A stretch of DNA of 64,000 nucleotides, taken from positions 66 through 64,065 of the forward strand of contig CAUUFA010000001.1 of assembly GCA_963544395.1 (NCBI GenBank), read 5' to 3'. Source of the stretch: an uncultured Bacilli bacterium. Lineage in GTDB: Bacteria > Bacillota_I > Bacilli_A > RFN20 > CAG-288. A model generated the notes under the pieces. It was not told the origin of the DNA, made no database searches, and saw only the letters and a program-made list of their open reading frames with translations. Shown piece after piece: positions 1 through 10,070 of the stretch (position 1 is the stretch's first letter; each line of letters begins with the position of its first letter). Made by a program: the position numbers and the translations under genes.

Positions 1-20
1 GCTTTCATCGGGCTTTGAAT

Positions 21-917
21 TTACTTATCGGTCCGCTGGGCAGCAACTTCAGCAGCGAAATCTTCCTGCCTCTTCTCGATGCCTTCTCCAACCGCATAGC
101 GGACATAGGAGACGACAGAAGCGTTGTCTTCCTTTAAGACCTGACCGACTGTCTTGGATTCATCAAGGACGAAAGGCTCATCGACAAGAACCGATTCGAA
201 GAGAGTCTTTCTGACTCTGCCTTCGACGATCTTTCTCTGGATGGCTTCCGGCTTCTTGGCGAAGGTGGGATCGTTCTTGGAAGCTTCAAGCTGAACCTCG
301 GTCTCAGCATTGATGACCTCAGCGGGAACATCGTTCTCGTTGGTGTAGGACGGGTTGTTGGAGCAGACGTTGAGGGCAACACCATTGGCAGTCTCGCTGT
401 CTCCGCCCTTGAGGACGACGAGAGTCGCGATCTTGCCATTCATATGGATGTAAGGTCCGAAAACCTCATCATCCTTCTTCTCGACAATGGCGAAGCGACG
501 GAAGTCGAGCTTCTCACCGAGCTTGACACCGGCATCGACGAAGATTTCGTTGATGGTCTTGCCATCCGTATTGGCGCAGGATTTGGCCTCTTCCATCGTC
601 TTGGGGGCCTTAGAAAGGACAATCTCGTTGACTTCCTTGACTAAGGCGCGGAAAGGATCGGAGTTGGCGACGAAGTCGGTCTCAGAGTTGATCTCGACAA
701 CCGCAGCTCTGTTTCCTTCGACAAGCACCCAGGCAACACCTTCTGCAGCGATGCGGGAAGCAGCCTTCTTGGCCTGCTTGGCGATGCCCTTCTCACGAAG
801 GTAAGTGACGGAAGCTTCCACGTCGTTGTTATTGGCAAGAAGAGCTTTCTTGCAATCCATCAGACCGGCACCGGTCCGATCTCTCAACTGTTTGATTAAA
901 TCGATTAAATCAGACAT
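21..917 (-). CDS. tsf: Translation elongation factor Ts
   Basis: 298-aa ORF with the N-terminal EF-Ts UBA-like signature (LRDRTGAGLMDCKKAL...YLREKG). The start ATG overlaps the rpsB stop (TAATG at 915-919), which is the conserved rpsB-tsf arrangement. Confidence 0.95.
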   Translation of the reverse strand: MSDLIDLIKQLRDRTGAGLMDCKKALLANNNDVEASVTYLREKGIAKQAKKAASRIAAEGVAWVLVEGNRAAVVEINSETDFVANSDPFRALVKEVNEIVLSKAPKTMEEAKSCANTDGKTINEIFVDAGVKLGEKLDFRRFAIVEKKDDEVFGPYIHMNGKIATLVVLKGGDSETANGVALNVCSNNPSYTNENDVPAEVINAETEVQLEASKNDPTFAKKPEAIQRKIVEGRVRKTLFESVLVDEPFVLDESKTVGQVLKEDNASVVSYVRYAVGEGIEKRQEDFAAEVAAQRTDK

Positions 918-1960
918 TACTGATCCTCCTCTGCAGTCTTAGGGGCTTCTGTGTTAACTTCGGCAGTTTCGGCCGGCTTTGCTTCACCTTCCGGCTTCTT
1001 CTCATCCCGGTTGAACTTGCGGAAGTTCTTCTTAACGAACTTCTTGGCCCGTCTGGCATTGCCAGGCTTTCTCATTGCGATGGCATCATCTCTGAGCTTC
1101 ATCTTGATGGACTTGATCTGCTCGGTGGCATCGACGCCCTTGAGCATATCGGACATGGTCTGAGTAGCGCTAGCGGCATCCTTGTAGGCATATAACGGCT
1201 CACCGCCCTTGCCCTCGACAACCGCATCGGCAAACAGACCGACGATGATGCGGATAGAAGCTTCGCCATCGTCATTGGCAGGAACCAGATAATCGACAAG
1301 AGCCGGATCCGTATTGGTATCACCTAAGGCAAAGATCGGGATGTTGAGCAGTCTGGCTTCCTTGATAGCGTTGTGCTCCGTCTTCGGATCGACGATGACG
1401 ATCGCATTAGGAAGGAGACGGATCTCCTTGATGCCTTCCAGGTTGGAAGAGAGCTTTGCCTTGAGCTTCAGCTTCTCGGCCTGCTCCTTCTTCGAAAGCT
1501 TTTCGAACTCACCGGAAACTTCCTGCTGTTCAAGCTGCCTTAAAAGACCGATTCTCTTCTGAATAGTGCGGAAGTTCGTGAGGGTTCCGCCTAACCATCT
1601 GTGAGAGACATAGAAAGAGCCGGAACGGACCGCCTCTTCCTGAATCGCCTTCTGGGCATAAGCCTTGGTTCCAACAAAGAGAACCTTTCCGCCTTTGGAA
1701 ACAATATCCTTCAAAGCAACGTAGGCTGTCTGCATCTGACTGACAGACTTGTTGAGATCAATGATGTGAAGGTTGTTTCTCTTACCGTAGATGTACTGCT
1801 TCATGGCCGGATTCCAACGGGAAACCTTGTGACCGAAATGACAGCCGGCATCGAGCAGCGTCTTGGCGTTGACAACCGGATCATCCGGGTTGTGAACCGT
1901 AGCTGCCATCACGTCTTTCTTCTCTTCTTTGACCTGTTCGGTCTTGACTTCTTCGCTCAT
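917..1960 (-). CDS. rpsB: 30S ribosomal protein S2, with Lys/Glu/Ala-rich N- and C-terminal extensions
   Basis: S2 core motifs are present (HFGHKVSRWNPAMKQYIYGKRNNLHIIDL, RWLGGTLTNF). I moved the start from 1999 to the MSEEV ATG at 1960 because AAAGGAGG lies 7 nt upstream of it. Confidence 0.93.
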   Translation of the reverse strand: MSEEVKTEQVKEEKKDVMAATVHNPDDPVVNAKTLLDAGCHFGHKVSRWNPAMKQYIYGKRNNLHIIDLNKSVSQMQTAYVALKDIVSKGGKVLFVGTKAYAQKAIQEEAVRSGSFYVSHRWLGGTLTNFRTIQKRIGLLRQLEQQEVSGEFEKLSKKEQAEKLKLKAKLSSNLEGIKEIRLLPNAIVIVDPKTEHNAIKEARLLNIPIFALGDTNTDPALVDYLVPANDDGEASIRIIVGLFADAVVEGKGGEPLYAYKDAASATQTMSDMLKGVDATEQIKSIKMKLRDDAIAMRKPGNARRAKKFVKKNFRKFNRDEKKPEGEAKPAETAEVNTEAPKTAEEDQ

Positions 1961-2277
1961 GTTAGAGCCTCCTTTTTGTTGACCTTCTGAGTGTTTCAAG
2001 ATGCCAACCCAATGTGTTCTGCTTCGCTAGTCTGTTAGGATCTAGATCGGAAGGTGGGGCAAACACAGAGGACTAGTCAGCAAGATTCGCACTCATGGTT
2101 ATTCTGCGCACTTTAAATAAGTTAAGCGCATAATGTATATGCTATCACAATCAATAACGCGACACAACAGCTTGCTGATTCGCGAAGCATAGGCTTCGCC
2201 GCTCTTCTCTTTTCAAAAATTGATTATCTTCTTGATTCTGAAGGGGAAACACCTTATGATAGTAAAGCTTACGAATT

Positions 2278-2354
2278 GGCCTCATCGACAAGTGGCTTAA
2301 GTCTCAGCCCTCTCAAGGCTGCATCCGCGGGTTCGAATCCCGCTGAGGTCACCA
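2278..2354 (+). tRNA. tRNA-Glu (anticodon CUC)
   Basis: 77-nt cloverleaf folded by hand. Acceptor GGCCTCA/TGAGGTC, 3-bp D stem GAC/GTC, anticodon arm CAGCC-CTCTCAA-GGCTG, T arm GCGGG-TTCGAAT-CCCGC, encoded ACCA end. The overall layout matches Bacillus-type tRNA-Glu. Confidence 0.8.
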
Positions 2355-2369
2355 ATTGAATAAGAATCC

Positions 2370-2407
2370 GAACTCATCCTCCGTGACTGGGGATGGGTTC
2401 TTTTTTT
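2370..2407 (+). terminator. Intrinsic terminator after tRNA-Glu
   Basis: 10-bp stem GAACTCATCC/GGATGGGTTC (one G-T pair), 11-nt loop, then T7. Confidence 0.7.
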
Positions 2408-3348
2408 AGTTCTCCTTTTTTCACAAGCGGTTATAATTCAGACAAAAACCCGAGGGCACCTCTGAGTGTGATAAACCCGTTCGGTCGCAAAGCCAGCTCA
2501 GTCAGGAAGAACCACGATAAAGAATTGCGAAAGGAGCAAGAAACGCTTAAAAAAGGCAAAAAGAAGTAATGAAAGCATTTTGTTCATCGGAAAACATCTA
2601 TCTCAGAAGGATTTAAAGACGATAATGTCCATCGACAATGATTCGGTCTATGACTTGATTGAGCTCATCGAATACGCTGTCGAGATTCCTCTGGCCCAAG
2701 CGGAAGATGCCGGGGAGAGAATCGGTGAGGAGGCATTGGCCGATTCCGTCAGAGTTGTCGACGAGCTGAACGAAAATGCGAATGAAACCAACTTTGATTA
2801 CCTCAATAAGTAATTGGAGGATCAGTTTCAGCCATCATAGAAGAGATATATGAAACAGATATCGTTTCTGAAAAGCCGACGAGAACGGCGGAGTAATAGG
2901 CGCCATGTAGGAAAGTAAAAAACAAAGGTCAGAGATATTTTCATCATATTTATCTCGGCTCGGATTACCAAATGTGGAGCTTTTGGAACCATGGTCTCGA
3001 ACGATGAGTGCGCCGTTGATTTGATTGAAGCAACCCAAAAATACGCATGGGAAATCAGCCGATTCGATCTACGATATCAGTAACCACTCCTTTAATTTCT
3101 TCAACAGGCTCGAATGTGCCATCAAAAGGCGCTATTAACTTAACAGCAACGGCAATCCACAAGCTGTGCAAACAAGATCTCGTCGTAACACACTTTTTCT
3201 CGTCTCGACACCTTCAAAGGTATTTGGTCCAAGGTATCAAGTCAGTCGGGGATAATGACATCAACTTAAATAGAGAAATGTGACAAAACAAGTTTTTAAG
3301 AATATGTTTCGGATTAACAAATATAGTTTTGTAAACTTTTCTATTCAA

Positions 3349-3940
3349 GACGGAAAGAAGCATAGAGTAGCCATCATCGTTCCGGGGGTGGTTATTCATG
3401 TATATGCAGCTTAGTTAAAGGAAAACCAATTGCTCAAAAATTAAACAAAAAAGGAATATCTTGTTTTGTTCTTTATTATCGAGTTAGAAAAATGGCACAT
3501 TTTCCAAATCCCTAGATGATTTGGCAATAGCGGTTAGGGAGCTTTTATCGAAGGCTGATATACATAATCTTGATATGAACAATAATACCATTTTGGGCGC
3601 TTCCGCTTGAGAATATCTCGTCGCATCCTTTGGAAGTAATGCCGTAGGACATGCAAAATACGGGCTTCCAAAGCCAAAGATGATTGAACTTAACTATCCA
3701 GTTATCGGCATGGAAAAAGGAATAAGCCAAGATGACACGAGAAGACAAAGCCTAGGTCATGATATTTCAAAAGAGGATTTGCTATCCGTAGATGAGCGGG
3801 TGACACAAAATTATCCAAGCACATTCATATGATGCGGCTCTTCAGATAAAACTGTGTCTCCTGGAAATAGCTATCGTATGGCGATATCTTCAGAAGCGAA
3901 TTTAATCCACGTAATATATGCGATTTATCGCAAAGAATAG
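3349..3940 (+). pseudogene. Decayed alpha/beta-hydrolase (esterase) gene
   Basis: Conceptual translation hops between frames. It gives DGKKHRVAIIVPG / GGGYSCI..GKPIAQKLNKKGISCFVLYYRV / LDDLAIAVRELL..NNNTILGASA*EYLVAS (the GxSxG elbow is broken by TGA) / YPSTFI*CGSSDKTVSPGNSYRMA (TGA where Trp is expected). There are at least 2 frameshifts and 3 in-frame stops. Confidence 0.55.
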
Positions 3941-4091
3941 ACTTTCCCATCGTTTATTCTTCCTGACACAAAATACCGAACCACCGCCGCTGCAAGGCGA
4001 TGATTCGGCATCATTCTGACCTTTTTCAAACAGAGTTTCCTCTGTCCGATAAAAAGCCCGGTATTCATGACCCTCGTCTGCCTGGAGGAGA

Positions 4092-5009
4092 TCAGGCAGC
4101 CGAGTGTTCAGGAACCACAAAGGTGATAGCAGAAGGAATGACTTCGATCGTCAGCTTCGAAGCTTCGAAGACCTCACCGTCTATCGCATAGGCGACAGGC
4201 CGATCAGATTCGATAGTGGCGATATGACACTTCTCATAATGGATGAACTGCTTGGTTTTCGGATGATGGATATGTTCGCCGTGGCGGTAGATCTTCATGA
4301 AGCTAGCCGCTCTCAGCCTGCTGACTTTCTTGACGAGACAGACATCCATGATGCCGTCATCGACTCTTGCTTCCGGAGCGCAGTGATAGCCTCCACCGTA
4401 GCAGAAACCGTTGGCAAAGGCGACAAGCAGACCCTTTCCGTCGAAGCGCACCTTTCCATCGATGCTCAGCTTCAGCGGCTGATTCATCTTGAAGAAAAGG
4501 CAATGGACACAGGCTTTCCGGTAAGCCATATTGCCGGAGATGCCCTTTTTGCGCTTATAGCGGAGCTGAGCGAGCGTCACCTCACCATCGAAGCCAAAGT
4601 TGGTGATGTTGACACAATACCGGTCTCCGATTTTCAGTAGATCGATCCGCTTGGGTTTTCCGTGGATGGATTGCATGATGTCCTGGAAGTTTTCCACCGG
4701 CGGAAAATTTTTGACGAAATCGTTGCCTGATCCCGAGGCGAAGCAGGCGATCTGAGCATTGGGAAATTCGTAGGCGCCGTTGACGACATCATAGAGGGTG
4801 CCATCACCTCCGCAGGAATAGAACCGATAGGTTTCCTCCGGGCTATGCGTAAGCAGGTAGTCATGGACAAAGTGATTGGCATCGCCTTTGCACTTCGTCC
4901 TGTAGATCTCGTAGTCGAGCTTCTCTTCCAGGCTGTTGAGTTGTTTTTCGATCAGCGGTCCGACATCGTTGTTGCCGGCGTTAGGATTGATAATGAACAC
5001 GTGTCTCAT
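4092..5009 (-). CDS. Diacylglycerol-kinase-family lipid kinase (DAGK_cat / YegS-like)
   Basis: 305 aa. N-terminal MRHVFIINPNAG and the GGDGTLYDVVNG nucleotide-binding motif are typical of the LCB5/DagK/YegS family. It overlaps the upstream gene by 4 nt. Confidence 0.85.
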   Translation of the reverse strand: MRHVFIINPNAGNNDVGPLIEKQLNSLEEKLDYEIYRTKCKGDANHFVHDYLLTHSPEETYRFYSCGGDGTLYDVVNGAYEFPNAQIACFASGSGNDFVKNFPPVENFQDIMQSIHGKPKRIDLLKIGDRYCVNITNFGFDGEVTLAQLRYKRKKGISGNMAYRKACVHCLFFKMNQPLKLSIDGKVRFDGKGLLVAFANGFCYGGGYHCAPEARVDDGIMDVCLVKKVSRLRAASFMKIYRHGEHIHHPKTKQFIHYEKCHIATIESDRPVAYAIDGEVFEASKLTIEVIPSAITFVVPEHSAA

Positions 5010-6760
5010 AATTGAATATCGTGAAGTGCTTCGTCTTTGGCAATCTTCTGCTCCGGCTTGAGATCAAAGCCTAAGGTTCCGCCCGGATTCATGATGCCTT
5101 TCGGATCAAAGTGCTTCTTGAGCAGAGCGAGAACATCGTACTCTTTCTCTCCGAGATAGCCTTCTAACCACGGAGCAAAGCTCTTGCCGATGCCGTGATG
5201 ATGCGACATGGCAGCACCGGATTTCTGGATCGCATTGAGGATGCCATCCTGATACCGCTTGTACTCGTCTAGATCATTCATCTTGGCGATGAAGATGAAG
5301 TAGAGGTTTGCGCCCTGCGGATAGGCGTGAGAGAGATGGGTGGTGACGATGGTATCCTTCCGGCTCTTGCAGAACTTTCTGACCTCCTGATAGACCTGAT
5401 TCATGTTGCTCCAGTTGACCGTGCATTCCAGCGTGTCCGTCATGATGCCGAAATCCTGCATAGAATCACGGAGATAGGGATCGTTGAAGCGACCTTTCTC
5501 CCAGGCTTTTGTGACATAACCGGTCAAACTCATGCCGTGGTAGGAACGGGCGATTCTCTTGATGTTCTTCGCCACGTTTCTGGAGTATCCCTTCTCGCCA
5601 TCTGTGAAACCTAAGAAAAGGCAGCACTCCCCGACTTTGATGCCTCTCATCTTCATCAGTTTCGGAAGCGGAGTCTCATCGACACCATAGAGAGATAACA
5701 TGACCGAAGTCTCCTCCGGATCGGAGAGGCGGAAGACACTCGAGAATCCGCACTCTTTCTGCATCATCTCACGGCAAGCATCTTGTCCAGTTTTCCAATC
5801 TGGGAAAATGAAGGAAAAACGTTTCCGGTTTTCCGGCATGTAGCGGAAGACACGGAGCGTGACTTCCGTCAGGACACCAAAGGTGCCTTCGGATCCCATC
5901 ATGATCTGGTTCAGGGAAGGACCTGTCGCCTCACGAGGATAATGGGAGGTGACAATCTCCCCTAACGGCGTTGCATAGCGCTGTGAGAGGACGATGTCTT
6001 CGATCTTTCCGTAATAGGTGCTGTTCTGTCCGGCGCCTCTCGTGACGACCCAACCGCCGACCGAGCTGAACTCAAAGGACTGCGGGAAGTGTCCGCAGGT
6101 GTAAGCTCGCTTGGCATGGAAGCGTCTGACCGCATCGTTGAGGGCGTGCTCTAAGTCCGGTCCGGAGAGTCCGGTCTGGACTGTGATGGTCTGATCGATT
6201 TCATCGAAGGCGAGGATTTTGTTGTAGCGGAGCCTCATATCCAAGGAGACACCGCCCTTCATGCATTCGACACCGCGGGTGACAGAGGATCCTCCGCCAT
6301 ACACGTAAACCGGAATGCCTTTCTTCTGGCAATAGGCAATCGTCTTTTCGATCTGTTCCCGCTCGGAAGGATAAAGGACAAGATCAGGAATGTTTTCGAT
6401 CTTCTTCTGGCGCAGGCGCAGAAGATCGTACATCGTCTTTCCGTAAGCTACGGAGAGACGGGCGTAGCAATCTCCTCTGACATACTCTTTCCCGTAGACT
6501 TCCTCAAAGAAGGCGACATCCTCGGCTTTGACTTTCTTCGCTGGAATATCGAAGTCGACTTTGTCGAGGCCGATATCGCTCTGATACGCCTTGAAATCAT
6601 CATCCGTCATATGGAACTTCTCTTTGATCATGCCATAGAGACGCTCCTTGGGATATTTGACAAACTTCGGATCACCCCAGCGGAAGATAGATCGGTAGCT
6701 GTCGGCAGGAATCTCTCCCTGATACCATTTCGGCTCAAATCCTTTGTACGGCTTGCTCAT
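5006..6760 (-). CDS. FAD-linked oxidase (PCMH-type FAD-binding domain; alkyl-DHAP synthase / GlcD-like)
   Basis: 584 aa. FAD-binding region YVYGGGSSVTRG and a C-terminal HHHGIGK motif characteristic of FAD_binding_4/FAD-oxidase_C proteins. The N-terminal KWYQGE...FRWGDP region resembles AGPS-type enzymes. The start was set at MSKPYKG (AAGGAG RBS 8 nt upstream). Confidence 0.8.
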   Translation of the reverse strand: MSKPYKGFEPKWYQGEIPADSYRSIFRWGDPKFVKYPKERLYGMIKEKFHMTDDDFKAYQSDIGLDKVDFDIPAKKVKAEDVAFFEEVYGKEYVRGDCYARLSVAYGKTMYDLLRLRQKKIENIPDLVLYPSEREQIEKTIAYCQKKGIPVYVYGGGSSVTRGVECMKGGVSLDMRLRYNKILAFDEIDQTITVQTGLSGPDLEHALNDAVRRFHAKRAYTCGHFPQSFEFSSVGGWVVTRGAGQNSTYYGKIEDIVLSQRYATPLGEIVTSHYPREATGPSLNQIMMGSEGTFGVLTEVTLRVFRYMPENRKRFSFIFPDWKTGQDACREMMQKECGFSSVFRLSDPEETSVMLSLYGVDETPLPKLMKMRGIKVGECCLFLGFTDGEKGYSRNVAKNIKRIARSYHGMSLTGYVTKAWEKGRFNDPYLRDSMQDFGIMTDTLECTVNWSNMNQVYQEVRKFCKSRKDTIVTTHLSHAYPQGANLYFIFIAKMNDLDEYKRYQDGILNAIQKSGAAMSHHHGIGKSFAPWLEGYLGEKEYDVLALLKKHFDPKGIMNPGGTLGFDLKPEQKIAKDEALHDIQL

Positions 6761-6761
6761 C

Positions 6762-7118
6762 TTATTGATTCTCCTTTTCCATCGGGGCAGTCGTGATGAT
6801 ATCCGCACCCGAATCTAACACATTTTTCAACACCGTCGCATGAATCGGCAGAGGTTTACTGACGATGGTCTTATCGATTTCCTGAAGGATCGGGAAGATC
6901 AGCTCTTTAGGAACATCGACAGAAGTCTTTACCGGAATGACAGGATATCCTTCCACGCTGGTCCTTACGGTCGTGCAGAGAGAGCGGACAGGATGCGTCG
7001 CTTCCTTCGCAGCGTAGGTAGCGCCTCGCGGACAACGGTTTCCAGTGCACTTTCCTGTCTTCTCGTCATAGAAGAGATGACATCCGTTTGGACAGACAAT
7101 ACAGGTGAACTCTTTCAT
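6762..7118 (-). CDS. DUF1667 domain protein (Cys-rich partner of GlpA-like dehydrogenases)
   Basis: 118 aa with FTCIVCPNGCHL...CTGNRCPRG motifs. GGAGGA RBS. ATGA overlap with the upstream oxidoreductase. Confidence 0.8.
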   Translation of the reverse strand: MKEFTCIVCPNGCHLFYDEKTGKCTGNRCPRGATYAAKEATHPVRSLCTTVRTSVEGYPVIPVKTSVDVPKELIFPILQEIDKTIVSKPLPIHATVLKNVLDSGADIITTAPMEKENQ

Positions 7119-8356
7119 TTCTGTTCCTCCAAAGCAAACTCAACATCACCTTCTTCTGATACTGTAAGTGAGATTCGCTCCATTTCCGGCGGTCGCAGGG
7201 AAAGGTATTTCCGTCTGAGAATCTCTTTTCCAGCAGAGCGGACCACCAATGTCATATTCTGATAGACAGCAGAGGAGCGGAAGTAGAAGATGATCGGATT
7301 CTTCAATCTGGCATGGTCTATGCGCTGCGGAACGACATAAGCGATATGCTTATCGTGGCTGATCTGCGAATAGGCGGCGGGAATCTGCTTTGCATAGGTC
7401 GCAGCTGCTTTTCCGGCAATCTCTCCGGATTCCGAGACATAGTCAGCGAGGTCGTTGACATGCATTGCGTTTCCGCAACTGAAGACACCCGGCTGATCGG
7501 TCATGAAGTTCTGATCGACGATGGGGCCTTTGGTGGTACGTTCCAGCGAGATACCGAGCTTCTTCGCCAGCTCGTTTTCCGGAATCAGACCGACGGAGAG
7601 AATCAGAGCATCGCATTCGACATGACGCTCCGTTCCCGGAATCGGTCGCATCTTCTCATCCACCTTGGCGATAGTCACTGCCTCCAGGCGATCGGTGCCG
7701 AAGACTTCCGTCACAGTGTGCGATAGATGAAGCGGAATATTGAAGTCCTTCAGACATTGAGCGATGTTGCGTGCGAGACCAGAGGGTGTGCTCTTCACCT
7801 CATAAACCCCTTCGACCTCTCCGCCTTCCAAGGTGATGCGCCTAGCCATGATGAGACCGATATCGCCAGAGCCTAGGATGACTGCTTTTTTGATCGGCAT
7901 CAAACCTAAGCGGTTGATGTAGTTCTGCGCCTGGCCTGCCGTCATCACCCCCGCCGGATTCGTCCCTTGGATGAAAACCTGACGGGAGGTACGTTCTCGG
8001 CATCCTGTCGCTAAGATCAAAGTCTTCGATTGCTCCGTGTTCACGCCCTCGGCATTGACGATGTGAAGTCGGAAGCCTTCATCTGTTTTATCGATCTTCG
8101 TCACAAAGGAAGAGGTGAGACATTTGATTTCCAAACCCTCGAGTCCCTCGATCTCTTTAAATGCATATTCCGGACCGGAGAGCTTCTCATGATAGCGAGT
8201 CAATCCGAAACCGTCATGAATGCACTGCTTTAATATTCCGCCCAGCGAATCTTCTCTTTCGATCAGAAGCACCCTCGCCCCGGCTTTGGCAGCGCTAGAA
8301 GCAGCTGACAGACCAGCCGGACCGCCTCCGATGACGGCGACATCATATTGTGGCAT
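7115..8356 (-). CDS. NAD(FAD)-dependent pyridine-nucleotide-disulfide-type oxidoreductase
   Basis: The start was set at MPQYDVAVIGGGPAGLSAA (Rossmann GxGxxG), with an AGGAG RBS inside the end of the upstream gene. A second dinucleotide fold is at VILGSGDIGL. Confidence 0.85.
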   Translation of the reverse strand: MPQYDVAVIGGGPAGLSAASSAAKAGARVLLIEREDSLGGILKQCIHDGFGLTRYHEKLSGPEYAFKEIEGLEGLEIKCLTSSFVTKIDKTDEGFRLHIVNAEGVNTEQSKTLILATGCRERTSRQVFIQGTNPAGVMTAGQAQNYINRLGLMPIKKAVILGSGDIGLIMARRITLEGGEVEGVYEVKSTPSGLARNIAQCLKDFNIPLHLSHTVTEVFGTDRLEAVTIAKVDEKMRPIPGTERHVECDALILSVGLIPENELAKKLGISLERTTKGPIVDQNFMTDQPGVFSCGNAMHVNDLADYVSESGEIAGKAAATYAKQIPAAYSQISHDKHIAYVVPQRIDHARLKNPIIFYFRSSAVYQNMTLVVRSAGKEILRRKYLSLRPPEMERISLTVSEEGDVEFALEEQK

Positions 8357-8357
8357 G

Positions 8358-10070
8358 TCAACGATCTCCTTTCGTGTGTCGATAGAACATCTTCCCGTCA
8401 CCTTTCTTGCAGATGGAGAGGGGATCACGCTTCTCTTCTCTGGCAAGCAGCATCGTCACCATCGGCTGACAGAAGCCACCCTGACAGCGACCCATACCGG
8501 CTCTCACCCTGCGCTTGACACCATCGATGGTGACAGGCGGTAGCGGTGAATGGATAGCATCGAGGATCTCCCCTTCTGAAATCTCTTCGCAGCGGCAGAC
8601 GATATGGCCATAGCTTGGATTTTTCTGAATCAACGCATTGCGTTCCTCATCGGAGAGGAACCGAGTTTTCACGATGCCTTTCCGATAAGGATCCCAGCTT
8701 TCTTTCAGCGGAGCAGAAAGCATCTCCGAAGCCCAGCGGGCACAATCCTCGCCGATCGCCGGAGCAGCGGTCACACCCGGTGACTGAATGCCGGCGGCGT
8801 GGATGACATTCTTGGTCCACTTGCCTTTCTGAACCACGAAATCCTCTTCATAGGTGGCGGCACGGATACCGGCAAAATAAGTGATGATATCTCTTTGACT
8901 CAAAGCAGAGATGGTGTGAGCATGCTTAGCGAAAATTTTGCTGATCGAAGCGGCATCGGTGCTGAAATCCTCGCGATCCTGTGTTTCGATCGCATCCGGG
9001 CCGACTAAGATGTTGCCGTCGATGGTTGGGATGATTCCGCCTCCTTTGGAGTGGGTCTTTTTGACTTCGCCCATCTTCGGATAGACGCTGATACCGGTGC
9101 GACTGAGCTTCTTTGTCGCCTCCATATCTAGGATAGTGTCTGTTCCCTTCCGAGGATGGATGGAGAAGAAACGGTCTCCCATCATCTCAGCGATCTGATC
9201 GCTGAACGCTCCGGCGGCATTGATGACGACTTTCGGATAGATAGTGCCGCGGTTTGTCTGCACGGAAACGACCTGACCATTCTTTCTTTCCATCGAAAGT
9301 GCCATGGTCGAAAGTGCGATCTCCGACCCGTTTTTGATGGCGGATTCCCCTAAGGCGATCGTCAGCTCATAAGGCGAGACACAACCCGCTCCAGGAAGAT
9401 AGGCGCCGAAAGCGATCTCCGGTGCGAGGTTCGGTTCTACTTTGAGGAAGTCTTTCCGACGAAGGACTTTCACGCCACCGGGAACATGGTTCACTCTCGC
9501 TTTGTGCTTGAGATAAAAAGAGGCTAACGGATACAGGAAGCGATTGGTGAAGGCGACAGACTGACCGGTCTCCCGATAAGCGATATCCAGCTCCTTGCAG
9601 AGTTTTTCATAAACAGGTCGGGAGCGGAGAAGATATTCCAGCTTCTTTGATCCCTTCTTCAGATCGATGCCGACGTGGACACAGCCGTCGTTGTGCGATG
9701 AGGCGGCCAAAGCGACATCATTATCTTTTTCAATCAGCAGAGAGGTGAGCTTGTACCTGGATAGTTCCCGCAGGATGGCGCAACCGACGATGCCGCCTCC
9801 GATGACAAGGACATCCACTCTCCTTCCATCGTACTGCTGATCCTGAATCAACGGAGCGTGAACCGGTTTTAACGGCTTATCCGAACAATATTCGATGTCG
9901 TTGATAACCCCGTAGAAATGATGGCCTTTCGCGGCAAGCTTTCCCGCCTGGACCAGTTGCTGATATTCCTTAGTCTGGCCGCAAAGAACAACGCAGTCGT
10001 CTTTTTTCTCGATGCGGAAGGTCGGATTGATCTTCTTCAACCCTTTCTCCAGCTTTTTTTCTATCCTCAT
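8358..10070 (-). CDS. FAD-dependent glycerol-3-phosphate-dehydrogenase-like oxidoreductase with BFD-like [2Fe-2S] domain and a ~90-aa N-terminal extension
   Basis: Contains VDVLVIGGGIVGCAILRELS (DAO-type FAD fold). The C-terminal CRCEEISEGEILDAI...GMGRCQGGFC is a BFD-like 2Fe-2S motif. The start was set at MRIEKK (GGAGAGGAG RBS; ATGA overlap with the TetR stop). Confidence 0.8.
   Translation of the reverse strand: MRIEKKLEKGLKKINPTFRIEKKDDCVVLCGQTKEYQQLVQAGKLAAKGHHFYGVINDIEYCSDKPLKPVHAPLIQDQQYDGRRVDVLVIGGGIVGCAILRELSRYKLTSLLIEKDNDVALAASSHNDGCVHVGIDLKKGSKKLEYLLRSRPVYEKLCKELDIAYRETGQSVAFTNRFLYPLASFYLKHKARVNHVPGGVKVLRRKDFLKVEPNLAPEIAFGAYLPGAGCVSPYELTIALGESAIKNGSEIALSTMALSMERKNGQVVSVQTNRGTIYPKVVINAAGAFSDQIAEMMGDRFFSIHPRKGTDTILDMEATKKLSRTGISVYPKMGEVKKTHSKGGGIIPTIDGNILVGPDAIETQDREDFSTDAASISKIFAKHAHTISALSQRDIITYFAGIRAATYEEDFVVQKGKWTKNVIHAAGIQSPGVTAAPAIGEDCARWASEMLSAPLKESWDPYRKGIVKTRFLSDEERNALIQKNPSYGHIVCRCEEISEGEILDAIHSPLPPVTIDGVKRRVRAGMGRCQGGFCQPMVTMLLAREEKRDPLSICKKGDGKMFYRHTKGDR

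Noticed and set aside
1-20. Possible start (ATGAAAGC on the minus strand, 1-8) of the gene following tsf, e.g. pyrH
   Set aside because: Only 8 nt are visible and no RBS is apparent. It cannot be supported from this window.
1961-1999. Upstream extension of rpsB (MKHSEGQQKGGSN)
   Set aside because: The AAAGGAGG RBS lies inside this extension and is correctly spaced for the ATG at 1960.
2580-2813. 77-aa acidic ORF downstream of tRNA-Glu
   Set aside because: It has a non-ATG start and no RBS, and it lies in a region of evident gene decay. It could be a fragment, so it is not reported as a feature.
3560-3830. TGA read as Trp (genetic code 4) to rescue the esterase gene
   Set aside because: TGA clearly terminates many well-defined genes in this window, for example the GlpA-like gene, the TetR gene at 10067, the 331-aa effector and the transposase. 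The esterase also needs frameshifts. It is therefore a pseudogene under the standard code.
4104-4640. 178-aa plus-strand ORF
   Set aside because: It is antisense to the well-supported DAG-kinase-family gene 4092-5009.
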